A stretch of DNA of 64,000 nt from an uncultured Planctomycetia bacterium. Lineage in GTDB: Bacteria > Omnitrophota > Gorgyraeia > Tantalellales > Tantalellaceae. This document shows positions 47,260 to 58,036 of this stretch, one piece after another. The notes beneath the pieces are model-generated. The model saw nothing but the letters and a program-made list of their open reading frames with translations. It was not told the origin of the DNA and ran no database searches. Location: the NCBI GenBank assembly GCA_964409365.1, contig CAYPCX010000006.1, positions 21,012 to 85,011 on the forward strand, written 5' to 3'. The position numbers and the translations under genes were made by a program. How positions within the stretch are numbered: position 1 is the first letter of the stretch; each line of letters starts with the position of its first letter.

Positions 47260-48288
47260 TCACTGATGCCTTTTTTGCTCGGGCCTCTCGGGCCTTTCAA
47301 CAAGATTGGCGAATATCATCCTGCCGGCGGAGGTCTGCAGCACGCTCGTGACGGAAACGTTCACGGTCCTTCCTATACACTTTCTCGCGTTATCGACCAC
47401 TATCATGGTCCCGTCGTCCATGAAGGCCACGCCCTGGTTCCGCTCTTTTCCCTCTTTCTTGATGTAAGCCGTCATCTGTTCTCCCGGGAACACTACCGGG
47501 CGCAGCGCGTTGGCCAGGTCGTTGATGTTCAGGACCGTTACCCCTTCAAGTTTGGCCACCTTGTTGAGGTTGAAATCGTTCGTCAGGACCCGGCAATCGA
47601 GTATCCTTGCCAGGCGTATGAGCTTCGCGTCGACCTCCTTGACGTCCGGGAGGTTCTCCTCATGTATTATCACTTCCGTCTGGGGCATGCCTTTCAGGCG
47701 GTTCAGCATGTCCAGCCCCCTGCGTCCCCTGTTACGCTTGGTGTCATCGGAACTGTCCGCTATCTGGTGCAGCTCCTGCAGGACGAACCTCGGGATGACG
47801 AGCCTGCCCTCGAGGAAACCCGTCTCGCAGATACCGGCGATCCTGCCGTCGATTATCACGCTGGTATCCAGAAGAAGCAGCTGGTCCTTCTGGTCCTCGC
47901 GAGAAAACCGCACGTACGGTATCACCAGGTTGAACTCGTCCTTGCCTTTTAGCGCGATGACCATGCCCAGATAGCAGAAGACAAGCGTGAACGCTATCTG
48001 CAGCACGGAATAGATCACCTCATCCATGGGTATCAGGCGGACTATCAGGGTGACCATCCACGCCATGAAAAAACCGAAAACCAGGCCGAAAGCCGCCGCC
48101 GACAAGTTACGCAGCGACACGTGCTTCAACTTGACCTCCAAAAGTATCAGGAGCAACGCGCAGACGAACCCGGCACCGGCGCCGATCATGGCGCCCTCCC
48201 TTGAAAGATCTGTCAAGAGAGACCCGACGTAATACCCGCATACTACGCTCAGGATCAGAAAAAATGCCCTTATGAACCTTTCAGTCAT
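47260..48288 (-). CDS. yacL: PIN/TRAM domain membrane protein (YacL-like)
   Basis: N-terminal TM helices, central PIN (LLLDTSVIIDGR) and C-terminal TRAM domain. Confidence 0.75.
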   Translation of the reverse strand: MTERFIRAFFLILSVVCGYYVGSLLTDLSREGAMIGAGAGFVCALLLILLEVKLKHVSLRNLSAAAFGLVFGFFMAWMVTLIVRLIPMDEVIYSVLQIAFTLVFCYLGMVIALKGKDEFNLVIPYVRFSREDQKDQLLLLDTSVIIDGRIAGICETGFLEGRLVIPRFVLQELHQIADSSDDTKRNRGRRGLDMLNRLKGMPQTEVIIHEENLPDVKEVDAKLIRLARILDCRVLTNDFNLNKVAKLEGVTVLNINDLANALRPVVFPGEQMTAYIKKEGKERNQGVAFMDDGTMIVVDNARKCIGRTVNVSVTSVLQTSAGRMIFANLVERPERPEQKRHQ

Positions 48289-48329
48289 CAGTTATCACAC
48301 ATCCTTTCCTAAAAAAACATATAAATGGC

Positions 48330-49082
48330 TTAACGCGTACTTACATCCGTACCGCGTGATTCCTCTTCTCTTCTCTGTCTATCTATTCTTTCCCTCTCGC
48401 GCCTCGACGGCTTGCTCAGGAGCTTCCAGGGATGCGCTTTGATGTCCGCGACGAAATCCTCGAGGTCGTCATAGATCTTCTCTTCCACCAGGAGCTTCCC
48501 TACGGTGCCTTCGCCGTTCTTCAGCCGGCCGAAGATGACCTCCAGGTCGTTGTATATCGTGTCGTCCACGAGAAGCTTCCCGAGGGTGCCCTGGCCTTCC
48601 TTGACGTTCTTCATTATGTCCGTGAACGTGCTTACCAGCTCCGTCATCTTCTCCATCTGCTGTCCCACGTTCACCGGGTTCTTGCCTATTATGGTATCCC
48701 CTTCCTTGAGAAAACGGTCGGATGTGCCGGGAGTGAGCTCGAGGTACTGCTCCCCGAGCAGGCCCAGGGTATTTATCCTGGCGACCGCGTCCGTCTCGAC
48801 GCGGGCGTCGCCTTTTACCCATACCTCCAGTTTGACACGGGTCCTGCCGACTTCCTCGTCATAATAGACCTTTATGTCCTTGACCTCGCCGACATGCACG
48901 CCGGCCAGCCGCACCGGGGCGTTCTCGGTTATACCGTTAACGTAATCGAAGATGGTGCCTACGCGGTACCCTCTTTCGAACCCGTAAAAATCACTCACCG
49001 AAAAGACGATCAAGAACATGAGAAAGATACCTATCCCCATGAACAAACCCACTTTCAGCTCAAGTTTTTCGTCCCTGAACAT
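48330..49082 (-). CDS. mlaD: MCE-domain protein (MlaD-like)
   Basis: N-terminal TM anchor plus MCE domain. 250 aa with a charged C-terminal tail. Confidence 0.75.
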   Translation of the reverse strand: MFRDEKLELKVGLFMGIGIFLMFLIVFSVSDFYGFERGYRVGTIFDYVNGITENAPVRLAGVHVGEVKDIKVYYDEEVGRTRVKLEVWVKGDARVETDAVARINTLGLLGEQYLELTPGTSDRFLKEGDTIIGKNPVNVGQQMEKMTELVSTFTDIMKNVKEGQGTLGKLLVDDTIYNDLEVIFGRLKNGEGTVGKLLVEEKIYDDLEDFVADIKAHPWKLLSKPSRRERERIDRQRREEESRGTDVSTR

Positions 49083-49105
49083 ACGTCACCCCTTTTCTAT
49101 ATTAC

Positions 49106-49933
49106 CTAAACTCCGGCCGCCGGCCGCGGGGTGTGATGATCACCGATCGTAGTGATCGGCCCTTTGGCCTCACCGCTTATGAACTGTCTTACTATACTGT
49201 TGGACGAATTCCTGATCTCGTCCGGTGTCCCTATCTCGATTATGTTCTTATCGTACAGCATCGCTATCCTGTCGGCTATCTTGTACGCGCTTTTCATGTC
49301 GTGCGTCACAGTTATTGACGTCGTTTTCAGCGTGTTATGCAGGTGTCTGATAAGTTCGTTTATTATATCGCCCATTATGGGGTCCACGCCCGTGGTAGGC
49401 TCGTCGAAAAGTATGATCTTGGGCGTCATACTGATGGCCCTTGCCAGCCCCACTCTCTTTTTCATGCCGCCTGAAAGCGCGGCGGGCTTGGCATGCTCTA
49501 TGCCTTCCAGCCCCACCATCCTGAGGCTTTCGGCGACACACTCCTTTATCTCGTCAAGCGTCAGGTTAGTGTATTCGAACAGCCGGAACCCCACGTTCTC
49601 GAGGACGCTTAAGGAATCGAAAAGCGCCGCCCCCTGGAAAAGCATGCCGAAGTCCATCCTTATCCTGTTAAGTTCCTTGCTGCTCATATTGGTTATGTCC
49701 GTACCTTCCACCACGACCTTGCCGGAATCGGGCCTCAGAAGGCCGATGATATGCTTGAGAAGAACGCTCTTACCGCAGCCCGAACGGCCGATGATCACTA
49801 TGGATTCCCCTTTGTAGATCGTCAGGTCCAGGCCCTCGAGCACCTGGAGACCGCCGAAAGACTTGTACACGTTCTTCAATTCTATTATGGGCTCCCGTCT
49901 GGGCTCCTGTACCGGCTCTTTCCGTGTGTCCAT
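49106..49933 (-). CDS. mlaF: ABC transporter ATP-binding protein (MlaF-like)
   Basis: Walker A GRSGCGKS, LSGGMKKR signature and Walker B. Confidence 0.8.
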   Translation of the reverse strand: MDTRKEPVQEPRREPIIELKNVYKSFGGLQVLEGLDLTIYKGESIVIIGRSGCGKSVLLKHIIGLLRPDSGKVVVEGTDITNMSSKELNRIRMDFGMLFQGAALFDSLSVLENVGFRLFEYTNLTLDEIKECVAESLRMVGLEGIEHAKPAALSGGMKKRVGLARAISMTPKIILFDEPTTGVDPIMGDIINELIRHLHNTLKTTSITVTHDMKSAYKIADRIAMLYDKNIIEIGTPDEIRNSSNSIVRQFISGEAKGPITTIGDHHTPRPAAGV

Positions 49934-49940
49934 ATCCTCC

Positions 49941-50750
49941 TTATCTGAAAATAAAGTAGAACATCGCCGTGAAGAAACAGTCGGCGATTATTATCAAGAT
50001 GAAACTCCTTACCACGCTGGAGGTCGTCGCCCGCCCCACGCCTTCGGCGCCGCCTTCCGCGTTCATGCCTTCAAAACACGCTATCACGCATATGATCACC
50101 GCGAACGATACGCTCTTTACCAGGCCCGTCATCACGTCCTTTATTTTAAGCGGATCCCAGGTCATCTTCACGTACATCGCGTGCGTTATATTAAGCTTTC
50201 CCACTCCGACGAGGTACCCGCCTATGATCCCGAAGATATCCGCATAGATCGTCAAAAGCGGCACCATGACAAGAAGCGCGAGGAACCTCGGCACTACCAG
50301 GTATTGTATCGGGTTGGTCGAAAGCGTCTCGAGCGCGTCCACCTGTTCTGTGACCCTCATGGTGCCGAGTTCCGCGGTGATGGCGGCCCCGCAGCGCCCG
50401 GCGACTATGAGCGCGGTAAGCACGGGCCCCAGCTCACGGGTGAGCGACAGCGCCACGAGCGAAGCGATATACATCTCGGCCGAGACCTTCTGCATCTGGT
50501 AAGCGCTCTGCAGAGCCAGGACTATACCGGTAAAAAGGCTTATAAGCAGCACTATAGGCGCGCTGGCAACCCCTATACTGTTCATCTGCTCCAGTATCTG
50601 CCATTTACGGTGGGGCGGCGCGATGGTCCAGAAAATGGTCCTCGCCAGAAGTATCGCTACCCCGCCCATGTATACGAAAAAATTGCGGATCTTATTCCGC
50701 GTCAACCTGAATAGCTTCAGCAAAATATCTTTTATTGATACCGGGAACAT
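49941..50750 (-). CDS. mlaE: ABC transporter permease (MlaE-like)
   Basis: 269 aa polytopic permease of the MlaE/YrbE family. Confidence 0.75.
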   Translation of the reverse strand: MFPVSIKDILLKLFRLTRNKIRNFFVYMGGVAILLARTIFWTIAPPHRKWQILEQMNSIGVASAPIVLLISLFTGIVLALQSAYQMQKVSAEMYIASLVALSLTRELGPVLTALIVAGRCGAAITAELGTMRVTEQVDALETLSTNPIQYLVVPRFLALLVMVPLLTIYADIFGIIGGYLVGVGKLNITHAMYVKMTWDPLKIKDVMTGLVKSVSFAVIICVIACFEGMNAEGGAEGVGRATTSSVVRSFILIIIADCFFTAMFYFIFR

Positions 50751-50761
50751 ATTAACCCCTT

Positions 50762-52276
50762 TTAGAATTCCATTTTATGCTCCAGCCCGAGGAAATCGTC
50801 GTCCTCGTCCAACTGGAACTTGAGATGGTTGCCTTCTTTGTCAAGTTCGTACTCCATACCCAGCTCTTGCTGATCGGACCTCTCATCCACCGCCTTCTGC
50901 CGCCTCTTATCGTCCTGCATGTTCGTTATGATCGTCAGGCGGTCCCTTCGCGCCTTGACCTGGTGTTCGTCCTCTTCTTTCGTTATCTGCCAATCTTCCC
51001 AGACGGCCACCTTGTTGTCGGTATCAAAAACGACTCCTTCGAACACCTTGTTATCCTTCATCCTGCTGAAATCCATCTCGCCGCTGATAAGTATGCACCC
51101 GCCGTCTTTCACCACGCGGGAACCTTCCACCCCTATGACGGGCAGACGTCCCTTAAGGCTGGCCGAGACGGACTTGAATTCCATGGGCCCCAACACGCCT
51201 TGCCCGATGTAAAGCCGGCCTTGTACGTCGGCTTCTTCTATCGGACCTTCAAAATTTATTTCACCCTCCGCCTTTCCGAATATTACCGTCTGGTTGTCTC
51301 CCAGCATCTGGGCGAGCTCCGCGAGTTCCAGGTCTTTGAGCAGCACTTTCAGACGCGCGGGATAGGGCTCGACCGTCTTTACTTCCCCTATCAGCGTCAG
51401 GCCCTCGCCCCATTTCACGTTATCCAGGTGCAAGATCTTTTTCTCCGGGGAGAACCCGCCCCCGATGACGACCTTCCAGAACGGCCTTTTGTTGATAACA
51501 AGGTTCTCGGCCCTGGCCAGGAAAAGCGGCATGCCCGCGTCCTTGTATGAGATCCACACATCGCCTATTATCTCCGTACCGTAAATGCCTACCTTGTCCA
51601 GCCGCGCGTAAACCTTGACGTCATTGCCCTCCTCTATGGCCGCTTTGATCTTGACGTGCCCCTTTTTGCCCTTCAGAGGCAGGAATTCGAGCTCCAGCGC
51701 GCGCCCCGAAGGATCGAGCGTCCCCGTCACCTTCATGCTTCCGTCCCACAGCATATCACAGTCGTACCTGCCGTCTTCTCTTCTGGTGAAAAGGCCCTTC
51801 ATGCTCCTTTTCGTCCTGTCCCCGAAAACCACGGGCGAGATCTCGCCGTTCAGCTCTACTTCGTTCCGGCGTCTTTCCAGTTTTATGTCTCCCCGGACAA
51901 AGGGATTGCTGTCACTGAAATATACGTTCACGTACTTGAGCTCTTGCTCGTCTTCCGACAGTAACCCGAGCCGCTCCAGGACCACCCGCCACAGACGGTA
52001 GGAGATCTCCATCTTCTCGAGACCGAAGACCTCATTTTCCTTATCTTTCCGGGCGCTGAACCTCACGTCGCGAAGCACCATGTCGTGTATCACCCCGCCG
52101 CGGATCCCGCCTATATCCACCGACATCTTGTCGCCCAGAAATCCCGCGACCTTGCTCTCCACCTGGTATTTCATCAGGAACGGCTCCTGGGCGGCCACCG
52201 CGTAAACGGCCACACCCGCCAGGGCAAAGCCGAGGAGCTTTTTCCTGAAATAAGGATGGAACAAAAACCTTCTCAT
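50762..52276 (-). CDS. hypothetical exported/anchored protein (504 aa) leading the mlaEFD operon; start codon abuts the clpC stop (TAGATG... read on minus)
   Basis: N-terminal signal anchor (LLGFALAGVAVYAVAA), predicted beta-rich body and acidic C-terminus. No family recognised by eye. Confidence 0.5.
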   Translation of the reverse strand: MRRFLFHPYFRKKLLGFALAGVAVYAVAAQEPFLMKYQVESKVAGFLGDKMSVDIGGIRGGVIHDMVLRDVRFSARKDKENEVFGLEKMEISYRLWRVVLERLGLLSEDEQELKYVNVYFSDSNPFVRGDIKLERRRNEVELNGEISPVVFGDRTKRSMKGLFTRREDGRYDCDMLWDGSMKVTGTLDPSGRALELEFLPLKGKKGHVKIKAAIEEGNDVKVYARLDKVGIYGTEIIGDVWISYKDAGMPLFLARAENLVINKRPFWKVVIGGGFSPEKKILHLDNVKWGEGLTLIGEVKTVEPYPARLKVLLKDLELAELAQMLGDNQTVIFGKAEGEINFEGPIEEADVQGRLYIGQGVLGPMEFKSVSASLKGRLPVIGVEGSRVVKDGGCILISGEMDFSRMKDNKVFEGVVFDTDNKVAVWEDWQITKEEDEHQVKARRDRLTIITNMQDDKRRQKAVDERSDQQELGMEYELDKEGNHLKFQLDEDDDFLGLEHKMEF

Positions 52277-54739
52277 CTACGTTTTGGTCTGTCCAACCAT
52301 CTCGAACTTAAGTTCATTCCCATCTTTCAGGCTCGTCACCTTTATAATGACGCCTTCCCCGAAAGACCCCGACAGGATCTCTTCCGCCAGGGGATTCTCC
52401 AGGTACCGCTGTATGGTCCTTTTCAGGGGACGCGCCCCGAAGACCTTGTCAAACCCTTTCTCGATAAGGAACTCTTTCGCCTGATCGTCAAGCACCACTT
52501 CAAGGTCCCTGTCCTTGACGCGTTCCTGCACTTCCTTCACCTCTATCTCCACGATACGTTTGAGATCCTCGCGGGTAAGGGCCCTGAAAACGATGATATC
52601 ATCCACCCTGTTCAGGAACTCCGGTTTGAAGGTCTTTTTCACTTCTTCCAGGAGCCGTTCCTTCATCTCCTTGTAACTCTCTTCTTCCTTTTGCGTCTTG
52701 AAACCGATCGCGCCCGTTTTCTTGAGCAGGTTCGCGCCTATGTTGGACGTCATGATAAGAACGGTGTTCTTGAAATTCACCTTCCTGCCGTATGAATCCG
52801 TAAGTCGTCCTTCGTCCAGCACCTGCAAAAGTATGTTAAAGACGTCCGGGTGCGCCTTCTCTATCTCATCCAGAAGGACGACCGCGTAGGGCCTTCTCCT
52901 TACCTTCTCGGTAAGCTGGCCGCCCTCCTCATACCCGACGTACCCGGGAGGTGCACCGACCAGGCGGGAGACATTGAACTTCTCCATATACTCGGACATA
53001 TCTATCTGGATAACGGCGTCCTCGTCACCGAACATGACCTCGGCGAGCTTCCTCCCGAGCAATGTCTTGCCCACGCCGGTAGGCCCCATGAAGACGAACG
53101 TGCCTATCGGCCGGTTCGGGGCTTTTATGCCCGCGCGCGAACGGCGTACCGCATGCGCGATGGCGCTTATCGCCTCTTCCTGGCCTATGACGAGCTCTTT
53201 CAGGCTGTCTTCCAGCTTAAGGTATTTTTCCGACTCCTTCTCTTCGACCTTGACCAGCGGTATGCCTGTCCAGTTGGACACGATCGTCGCTATGTCCTCT
53301 TCGTCGACGATGACATCGGCGTTGGTCTGCCCGGTCTTCCATTCCGCGTGTTTTTTCTCCAGATCGGTCTTCGCTTTGCGCTCCAGGTCGCGGAACCTGG
53401 CGGCCTTTTCGAAGTCCTGGCCCTTAACGGCTTCCTCCTTTTCCAGACGGTACTCCCCTATCTTCTTCTCTTCCTCTTTAAGCTCCGACGGCATCACCAT
53501 CGTGGAGAGCTTGGCCCTGGAACCGGCTTCGTCTATGAGGTCTATGGCCTTGTCCGGCAGGAAGCGGCCGCTGATGTACTGATCGGAAAGCTTCGCCGCG
53601 GCTTCCAGTGCCTTGTCGGAGAACTTGACCTTATGGTGCGCCTCATATTTGTCCCTCAGCCCTTTTAGTATCTCTATGGTCTCGGCGACGGACGGCGGGT
53701 CGATCGTGACCGGCTGGAAACGCCTTTCCAGCGCGGGGTCCTTTTCTATGTTCTTCCGGTACTCGTCCAGCGTGGTCGCGCCTATGCACTGTATATCCCC
53801 TCTCTGGAGCGAGGGTTTGAGTATGTTGGAGGCATCGATGGCTCCTTCGGCCCCGCCCGCCCCGACAAGCGTGTGTATCTCGTCTATGAAAACGATAACA
53901 TCGGTGGACTCCTTGATCTCCTTCATCACCGCCTTGATCCTTTCCTCGAACTGTCCCCTGTACTTGGTGCCGGCTATCATCATTGCGAGGTCCAGTATGA
54001 GCACTCTCTTGTTGTTGAGTATCTCCGGCACGTCTCCTGAGTTGATCTTCTGCGCGAGACCCTCGACGATGGCCGTTTTACCCACACCGGCCTCACCGAT
54101 AAGGACCGGGTTGTTCTTTTTGCGGCGGCTGAGGATCTGTATGACGCGTTCTATCTCTTTGCCCCGGCCTATGACGGGATCCAGCTCGTCCTGGCGGGCC
54201 ATCTCGGTGAGGTCCCTTCCGAACGAGTCAAGCGCCGGCGTCCGCGTCTTCTTCTTGGCGCCCTTGGCCCCCTGCGAAACGGAGTATCCCGGTACGGAGG
54301 AACCCAGGAGGTTAAGCACCTCATCCCTCACGCTCTTCAGGTCAAGGCCGAGGTTCAAAAGCACCTGGCTCGCTATACCGTCGCCCTCCCTGATAAGGCC
54401 CAGGAGAAGATGTTCCGTTCCGATATAATTGTGGCCGAGGCTGCGGGCTTCGTCCATCGCCAGCTCTATCACTTTCTTGGCCCTCGGGGTAAATGGTATA
54501 TCTTCACCCATCACCTTGCCGGGGCCCGGCTGCACGAGTCGTTCGACCTCGACACGGATATTTTCGGAATCGAGCCCGAGGCTCGTAAGGACAGCGGCGG
54601 CCACCCCCTCGCCTTCCTTAACAAGGCCCAGCAATATATGTTCCGTGCCGATATAGTCGTGATTGAACCTCTTAGCCTCTTCCTTGGCCAAAAGAATGAC
54701 CTTTCTGGCGCGCTCGGTGAATCTGTTGAATGCAGGCAT
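52277..54739 (-). CDS. clpC: ATP-dependent Clp protease ATP-binding subunit ClpC
   Basis: Two Clp-N repeats, two AAA+ modules ([16 protein letters not shown]) and UVR motif. 820 aa. Confidence 0.9.
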   Translation of the reverse strand: MPAFNRFTERARKVILLAKEEAKRFNHDYIGTEHILLGLVKEGEGVAAAVLTSLGLDSENIRVEVERLVQPGPGKVMGEDIPFTPRAKKVIELAMDEARSLGHNYIGTEHLLLGLIREGDGIASQVLLNLGLDLKSVRDEVLNLLGSSVPGYSVSQGAKGAKKKTRTPALDSFGRDLTEMARQDELDPVIGRGKEIERVIQILSRRKKNNPVLIGEAGVGKTAIVEGLAQKINSGDVPEILNNKRVLILDLAMMIAGTKYRGQFEERIKAVMKEIKESTDVIVFIDEIHTLVGAGGAEGAIDASNILKPSLQRGDIQCIGATTLDEYRKNIEKDPALERRFQPVTIDPPSVAETIEILKGLRDKYEAHHKVKFSDKALEAAAKLSDQYISGRFLPDKAIDLIDEAGSRAKLSTMVMPSELKEEEKKIGEYRLEKEEAVKGQDFEKAARFRDLERKAKTDLEKKHAEWKTGQTNADVIVDEEDIATIVSNWTGIPLVKVEEKESEKYLKLEDSLKELVIGQEEAISAIAHAVRRSRAGIKAPNRPIGTFVFMGPTGVGKTLLGRKLAEVMFGDEDAVIQIDMSEYMEKFNVSRLVGAPPGYVGYEEGGQLTEKVRRRPYAVVLLDEIEKAHPDVFNILLQVLDEGRLTDSYGRKVNFKNTVLIMTSNIGANLLKKTGAIGFKTQKEEESYKEMKERLLEEVKKTFKPEFLNRVDDIIVFRALTREDLKRIVEIEVKEVQERVKDRDLEVVLDDQAKEFLIEKGFDKVFGARPLKRTIQRYLENPLAEEILSGSFGEGVIIKVTSLKDGNELKFEMVGQTKT

Positions 54740-54758
54740 CTTCTATTCCCTCCCCTAT

Positions 54759-55808
54759 TTAAACTTTCAGTTTTTCGCGTATCAAGTCCGACCGTTTGAT
54801 GTCCCTCTCATAGGGCCCGATCTCCTCCCCGCAGATCTTCTGCAGGTGAGCGGGCTGCGTCGTGAGAAGCACCTCGTTTATCATGTTGGTGTCCAGGTCC
54901 TTTAAAAGTCCCAAAGCGGTGCCCAGCCGCACGGCCGAAAGCAGTTTAATAGTCTCGCTCGAAGTTATGATCCTCGCGCTTTTCAGCGTGCCGTGCGACC
55001 TGAATACCCTGTCGGTCAGCTCTTCTTTCCTCTCCTTAAGGAGCATCTCCCTCGTCGACTCTTCCCTTGATATTATCTTGTTAATGACCCTTTCCAGGTT
55101 ATCGAGTATGTCCATCTCGGAATGTCCAAGACATACCTGGTTCGATATCTGGAAAAAATCACCCAGGGCTTCCGTGCCCTCCCCGTAAAAACCGCGCATC
55201 GTGAGCCCCAGCTTGGAAATGGCCTCGTAAACGTTCTCTATCTGCCCCGTCATGACGAGCGCCGAGAGGTGCAGCATGACCGAGGCCCTCAGGCCGGTGC
55301 CGGTATTGGTCGGGCACGACGTCAGGTACCCGAACTTATTGGAATAATCGAACTTCAGGTAATGCGCCAGGTCGGTATCGATGTCGTCCACTATCCGCCA
55401 GGCTTCCATTATGTTGAAGCCCGACTGCAGCACCTGCAGCCGGATGTGGTCTTCCTCGTTGAGCATGGCGCTCACTATCTCTTTCTGTTCGATGACCAGC
55501 CCCTTGTGCGCAACGTCCCGCATGTGCTCCTGGCTCATGAGGTGCCTCTCGACGAGAAATTGCCTGTCCAGTTCGCTGACGTCCTTCATCTTCATGATGA
55601 GGGCTTTTTTGAGATAACCGGTCTTCTTTATCGCGGCGGTTATCTTCTTGAGCGTTTTTTCGCGCTGTTCATCGTCGGCGTGGCTGAAGTAAGAGTGCCC
55701 TTCGATATTCCTCGCTATCCGTACCCTGGTGGAGATAGCTATTTCGCTCCTGGGGCCTTCTCCCTTGAGCCACTCGGTCTTACCCTTCAAAAGATCATCC
55801 AGTTTCAT
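54759..55808 (-). CDS. mcsB: protein arginine kinase McsB
   Basis: ATP:guanido phosphotransferase catalytic domain. 349 aa. Confidence 0.8.
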   Translation of the reverse strand: MKLDDLLKGKTEWLKGEGPRSEIAISTRVRIARNIEGHSYFSHADDEQREKTLKKITAAIKKTGYLKKALIMKMKDVSELDRQFLVERHLMSQEHMRDVAHKGLVIEQKEIVSAMLNEEDHIRLQVLQSGFNIMEAWRIVDDIDTDLAHYLKFDYSNKFGYLTSCPTNTGTGLRASVMLHLSALVMTGQIENVYEAISKLGLTMRGFYGEGTEALGDFFQISNQVCLGHSEMDILDNLERVINKIISREESTREMLLKERKEELTDRVFRSHGTLKSARIITSSETIKLLSAVRLGTALGLLKDLDTNMINEVLLTTQPAHLQKICGEEIGPYERDIKRSDLIREKLKV

Positions 55809-56325
55809 CGTTACCGGTATTTCCCTCTATCTTGTCCTCAAGCTCCTTGACCCTGTCGCGCAGCATGGCGGCTTTCTCGAACTCCTCGTTCCGCACCAGC
55901 TGGGCCAGTTCCTTCTTAAGACGCTGCAGGTCCTGCTGGGCCCTGTAAACCCCTTCGCCTTTGAAAGGCATCTTGCCCACGTGCTTGTCGGCCCCGTGTA
56001 TCTTGCGGAGAAGCTCGCTGAGGTTCTTTTCGAACGTCTCGTAACACTTGCCGCAGCCCAGCCTTCCCGTCTTCTGGAAATCGAAATACGTCGAACCGCA
56101 GCCCGGGCACTTTACGTCGATCTCTTCCTTTATCCGGCCTTCCGGGATGGCGGGTCCCATGTCCATCAGGCCCGCCAAAAGGTCCGTCAGGCCGAAATGG
56201 GAATGCATTTCTTCACTTTTCTCCTTCGCGCACTGTTCGCAGAGATGAAGCTTCGTCACCTCATCGTTTATGACCTCGGTAAGGTGTACCGTGGCTTCGC
56301 GCCTGCCGCATATATCGCATTTCAT
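55795..56325 (-). CDS. mcsA: McsA (activator of McsB; Zn-finger pairs plus UvrB/UvrC motif)
   Basis: CDICGRREA...CEQC and CPGCG...CGKC Zn knuckles. C-terminal UVR motif. Confidence 0.75.
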   Translation of the reverse strand: MKCDICGRREATVHLTEVINDEVTKLHLCEQCAKEKSEEMHSHFGLTDLLAGLMDMGPAIPEGRIKEEIDVKCPGCGSTYFDFQKTGRLGCGKCYETFEKNLSELLRKIHGADKHVGKMPFKGEGVYRAQQDLQRLKKELAQLVRNEEFEKAAMLRDRVKELEDKIEGNTGNDETG

Positions 56326-56420
56326 ATTGTCCTCGTAAAACGCTTGTTTCAGAAAACAGGAATCAGACGTCAGATTTCATACAATTCTGTCCTCTGTCTT
56401 CTGCCATCTGTCCTCTGTCT

Positions 56421-57293
56421 TTAATACTCTACGCCTTCCGTTTCCGTGACCTTCCTGAAATCCGCCAGGAGCTGTTTATATATCGGGCCCGGCTTGCCGG
56501 TGCCTATGGGCTTGTCGTCCATCTTGATCACGGGTATTATCTCGGCGGCGGTGCCGGTCAGGAAGCATTCGTCCGCTTCGAAGAGTTCTTCGGGATACAT
56601 CTTTTTGTATTCCGTCTCTATCCCCCTTTTCCGCGCCAGGCCTATGACGAGGTCCTGCGTCACCCCTTCAAGAGCGCCGATCTCCGACGGCGGGGTATAG
56701 AGCCTGTTATCTTTGACCAGAAAGATATTGTCGCCGGTACATTCGGCGATGTACCCGTCAAGGTCCAGCATCACGGCCTCCGGCGTCCCCGCGTCTATCG
56801 CGTCTATCCTCCCGAGGATGTTATTCAGGTAATTCAGCGATTTTATCCTCGGATCGACCGTTATGGGGTGATTGCGCCTGGTCTTCGCTATAGTGATCGG
56901 CAGGCCGCTCTTATAGAGCTCCGGGGGATACAGATCTATCTTGTCCGTGATTATGAAGACCGTGGGCTTTTCGCACTTGCGGGGGTCAAGCCCCAGATCT
57001 CCGATGCCTCTGGTGACGACGACGCGTATGTACGCGTTGTCCAACTCGTTCATTTTCAGCGTCTCGACTATTTTTTCCTCGAAATCCCACTTCGTGATGG
57101 GGATCTCCAATCTTATGGCGTCGGCGCTTTCGTACAAACGGTTGATATGCTCCTCCAGCCGGAAGACCTTCCTGTTGTACGACCGTATGCCTTCGAAGAC
57201 ACCGTCCCCGTAAAGAAGGCCGTGGTCGAACACGGAGACCTTCGCGTCTTTTTTTTCCACGAACTCGCCGTCAATATATATCTTAAGCTCCAT
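56421..57293 (-). CDS. ilvE: branched-chain amino acid aminotransferase (class IV)
   Basis: 290 aa class IV PLP aminotransferase. Confidence 0.8.
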   Translation of the reverse strand: MELKIYIDGEFVEKKDAKVSVFDHGLLYGDGVFEGIRSYNRKVFRLEEHINRLYESADAIRLEIPITKWDFEEKIVETLKMNELDNAYIRVVVTRGIGDLGLDPRKCEKPTVFIITDKIDLYPPELYKSGLPITIAKTRRNHPITVDPRIKSLNYLNNILGRIDAIDAGTPEAVMLDLDGYIAECTGDNIFLVKDNRLYTPPSEIGALEGVTQDLVIGLARKRGIETEYKKMYPEELFEADECFLTGTAAEIIPVIKMDDKPIGTGKPGPIYKQLLADFRKVTETEGVEY

Positions 57294-58011
57294 GTACTAC
57301 CCTTTCAGTTTGCATATATGAACTTGCGGACATCTTTTCAAGCGTCCCGTCCTTCATCAGGTATTCCGTATGATAAAAATCCCTGTTGAGGCCCTGGTGC
57401 GAGACCACTACGATGCTCATGCCGTTTTCCTCGCTGATCCTGTAGATAAGATCGTATATCCGGACGCTCATCTCGGAATCCAGGTTACCGGTCGGCTCGT
57501 CACAGAACAGTATATCAGGCGAATTGACCAGCGCCCTGGCTATGGCCGTCCTCTGCGCTTCCCCTCCCGAAAGCTGGGAAGGCCTGTGCTTTGAACGTTC
57601 TTCCATGTTCACGGTCCTGAGAAGCTCCATGGCCCTGCCCTTGATCTCCCTTCCCGATGATCTTCCCTTTATCATGGCCGGGAGCATGACGTTCTCCAGT
57701 ACGTTCAGTTCCGGCAGAAGATAATAGAACTGGAAGACGAAACCGAAGCTCGTATTCCGCAGGAAACTCCTTCTTCTGTCCGATAACTCATATATGTCCC
57801 TGTCGCGAAATGTCACACTGCCTTTGGTCGGACGGCTAAGGGCTCCCAGGACCTGCATAAGGGTGGATTTACCAGCCCCGGAAGGCCCGTGTATGTACAC
57901 CCTTTCACCTTTGCGGACGGTGAGATCAACATCTTTCACGGCATGGACCTTATCGGATCCCTGTTTGAACGTCTTGTCTAAATTTTCTACGGTCAGCATC
58001 TCGATCCTCAA
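57283..58011 (-). CDS. lolD: ABC transporter ATP-binding protein, LolD/MacB type
   Basis: Walker A GPSGAGKST and LSGGEAQR signature. Paired with an FtsX-type permease. Confidence 0.7.
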   Translation of the reverse strand: MRIEMLTVENLDKTFKQGSDKVHAVKDVDLTVRKGERVYIHGPSGAGKSTLMQVLGALSRPTKGSVTFRDRDIYELSDRRRSFLRNTSFGFVFQFYYLLPELNVLENVMLPAMIKGRSSGREIKGRAMELLRTVNMEERSKHRPSQLSGGEAQRTAIARALVNSPDILFCDEPTGNLDSEMSVRIYDLIYRISEENGMSIVVVSHQGLNRDFYHTEYLMKDGTLEKMSASSYMQTERVVHGA

Positions 58012-58036
58012 TACTCACTACTTTATACTCGATACT

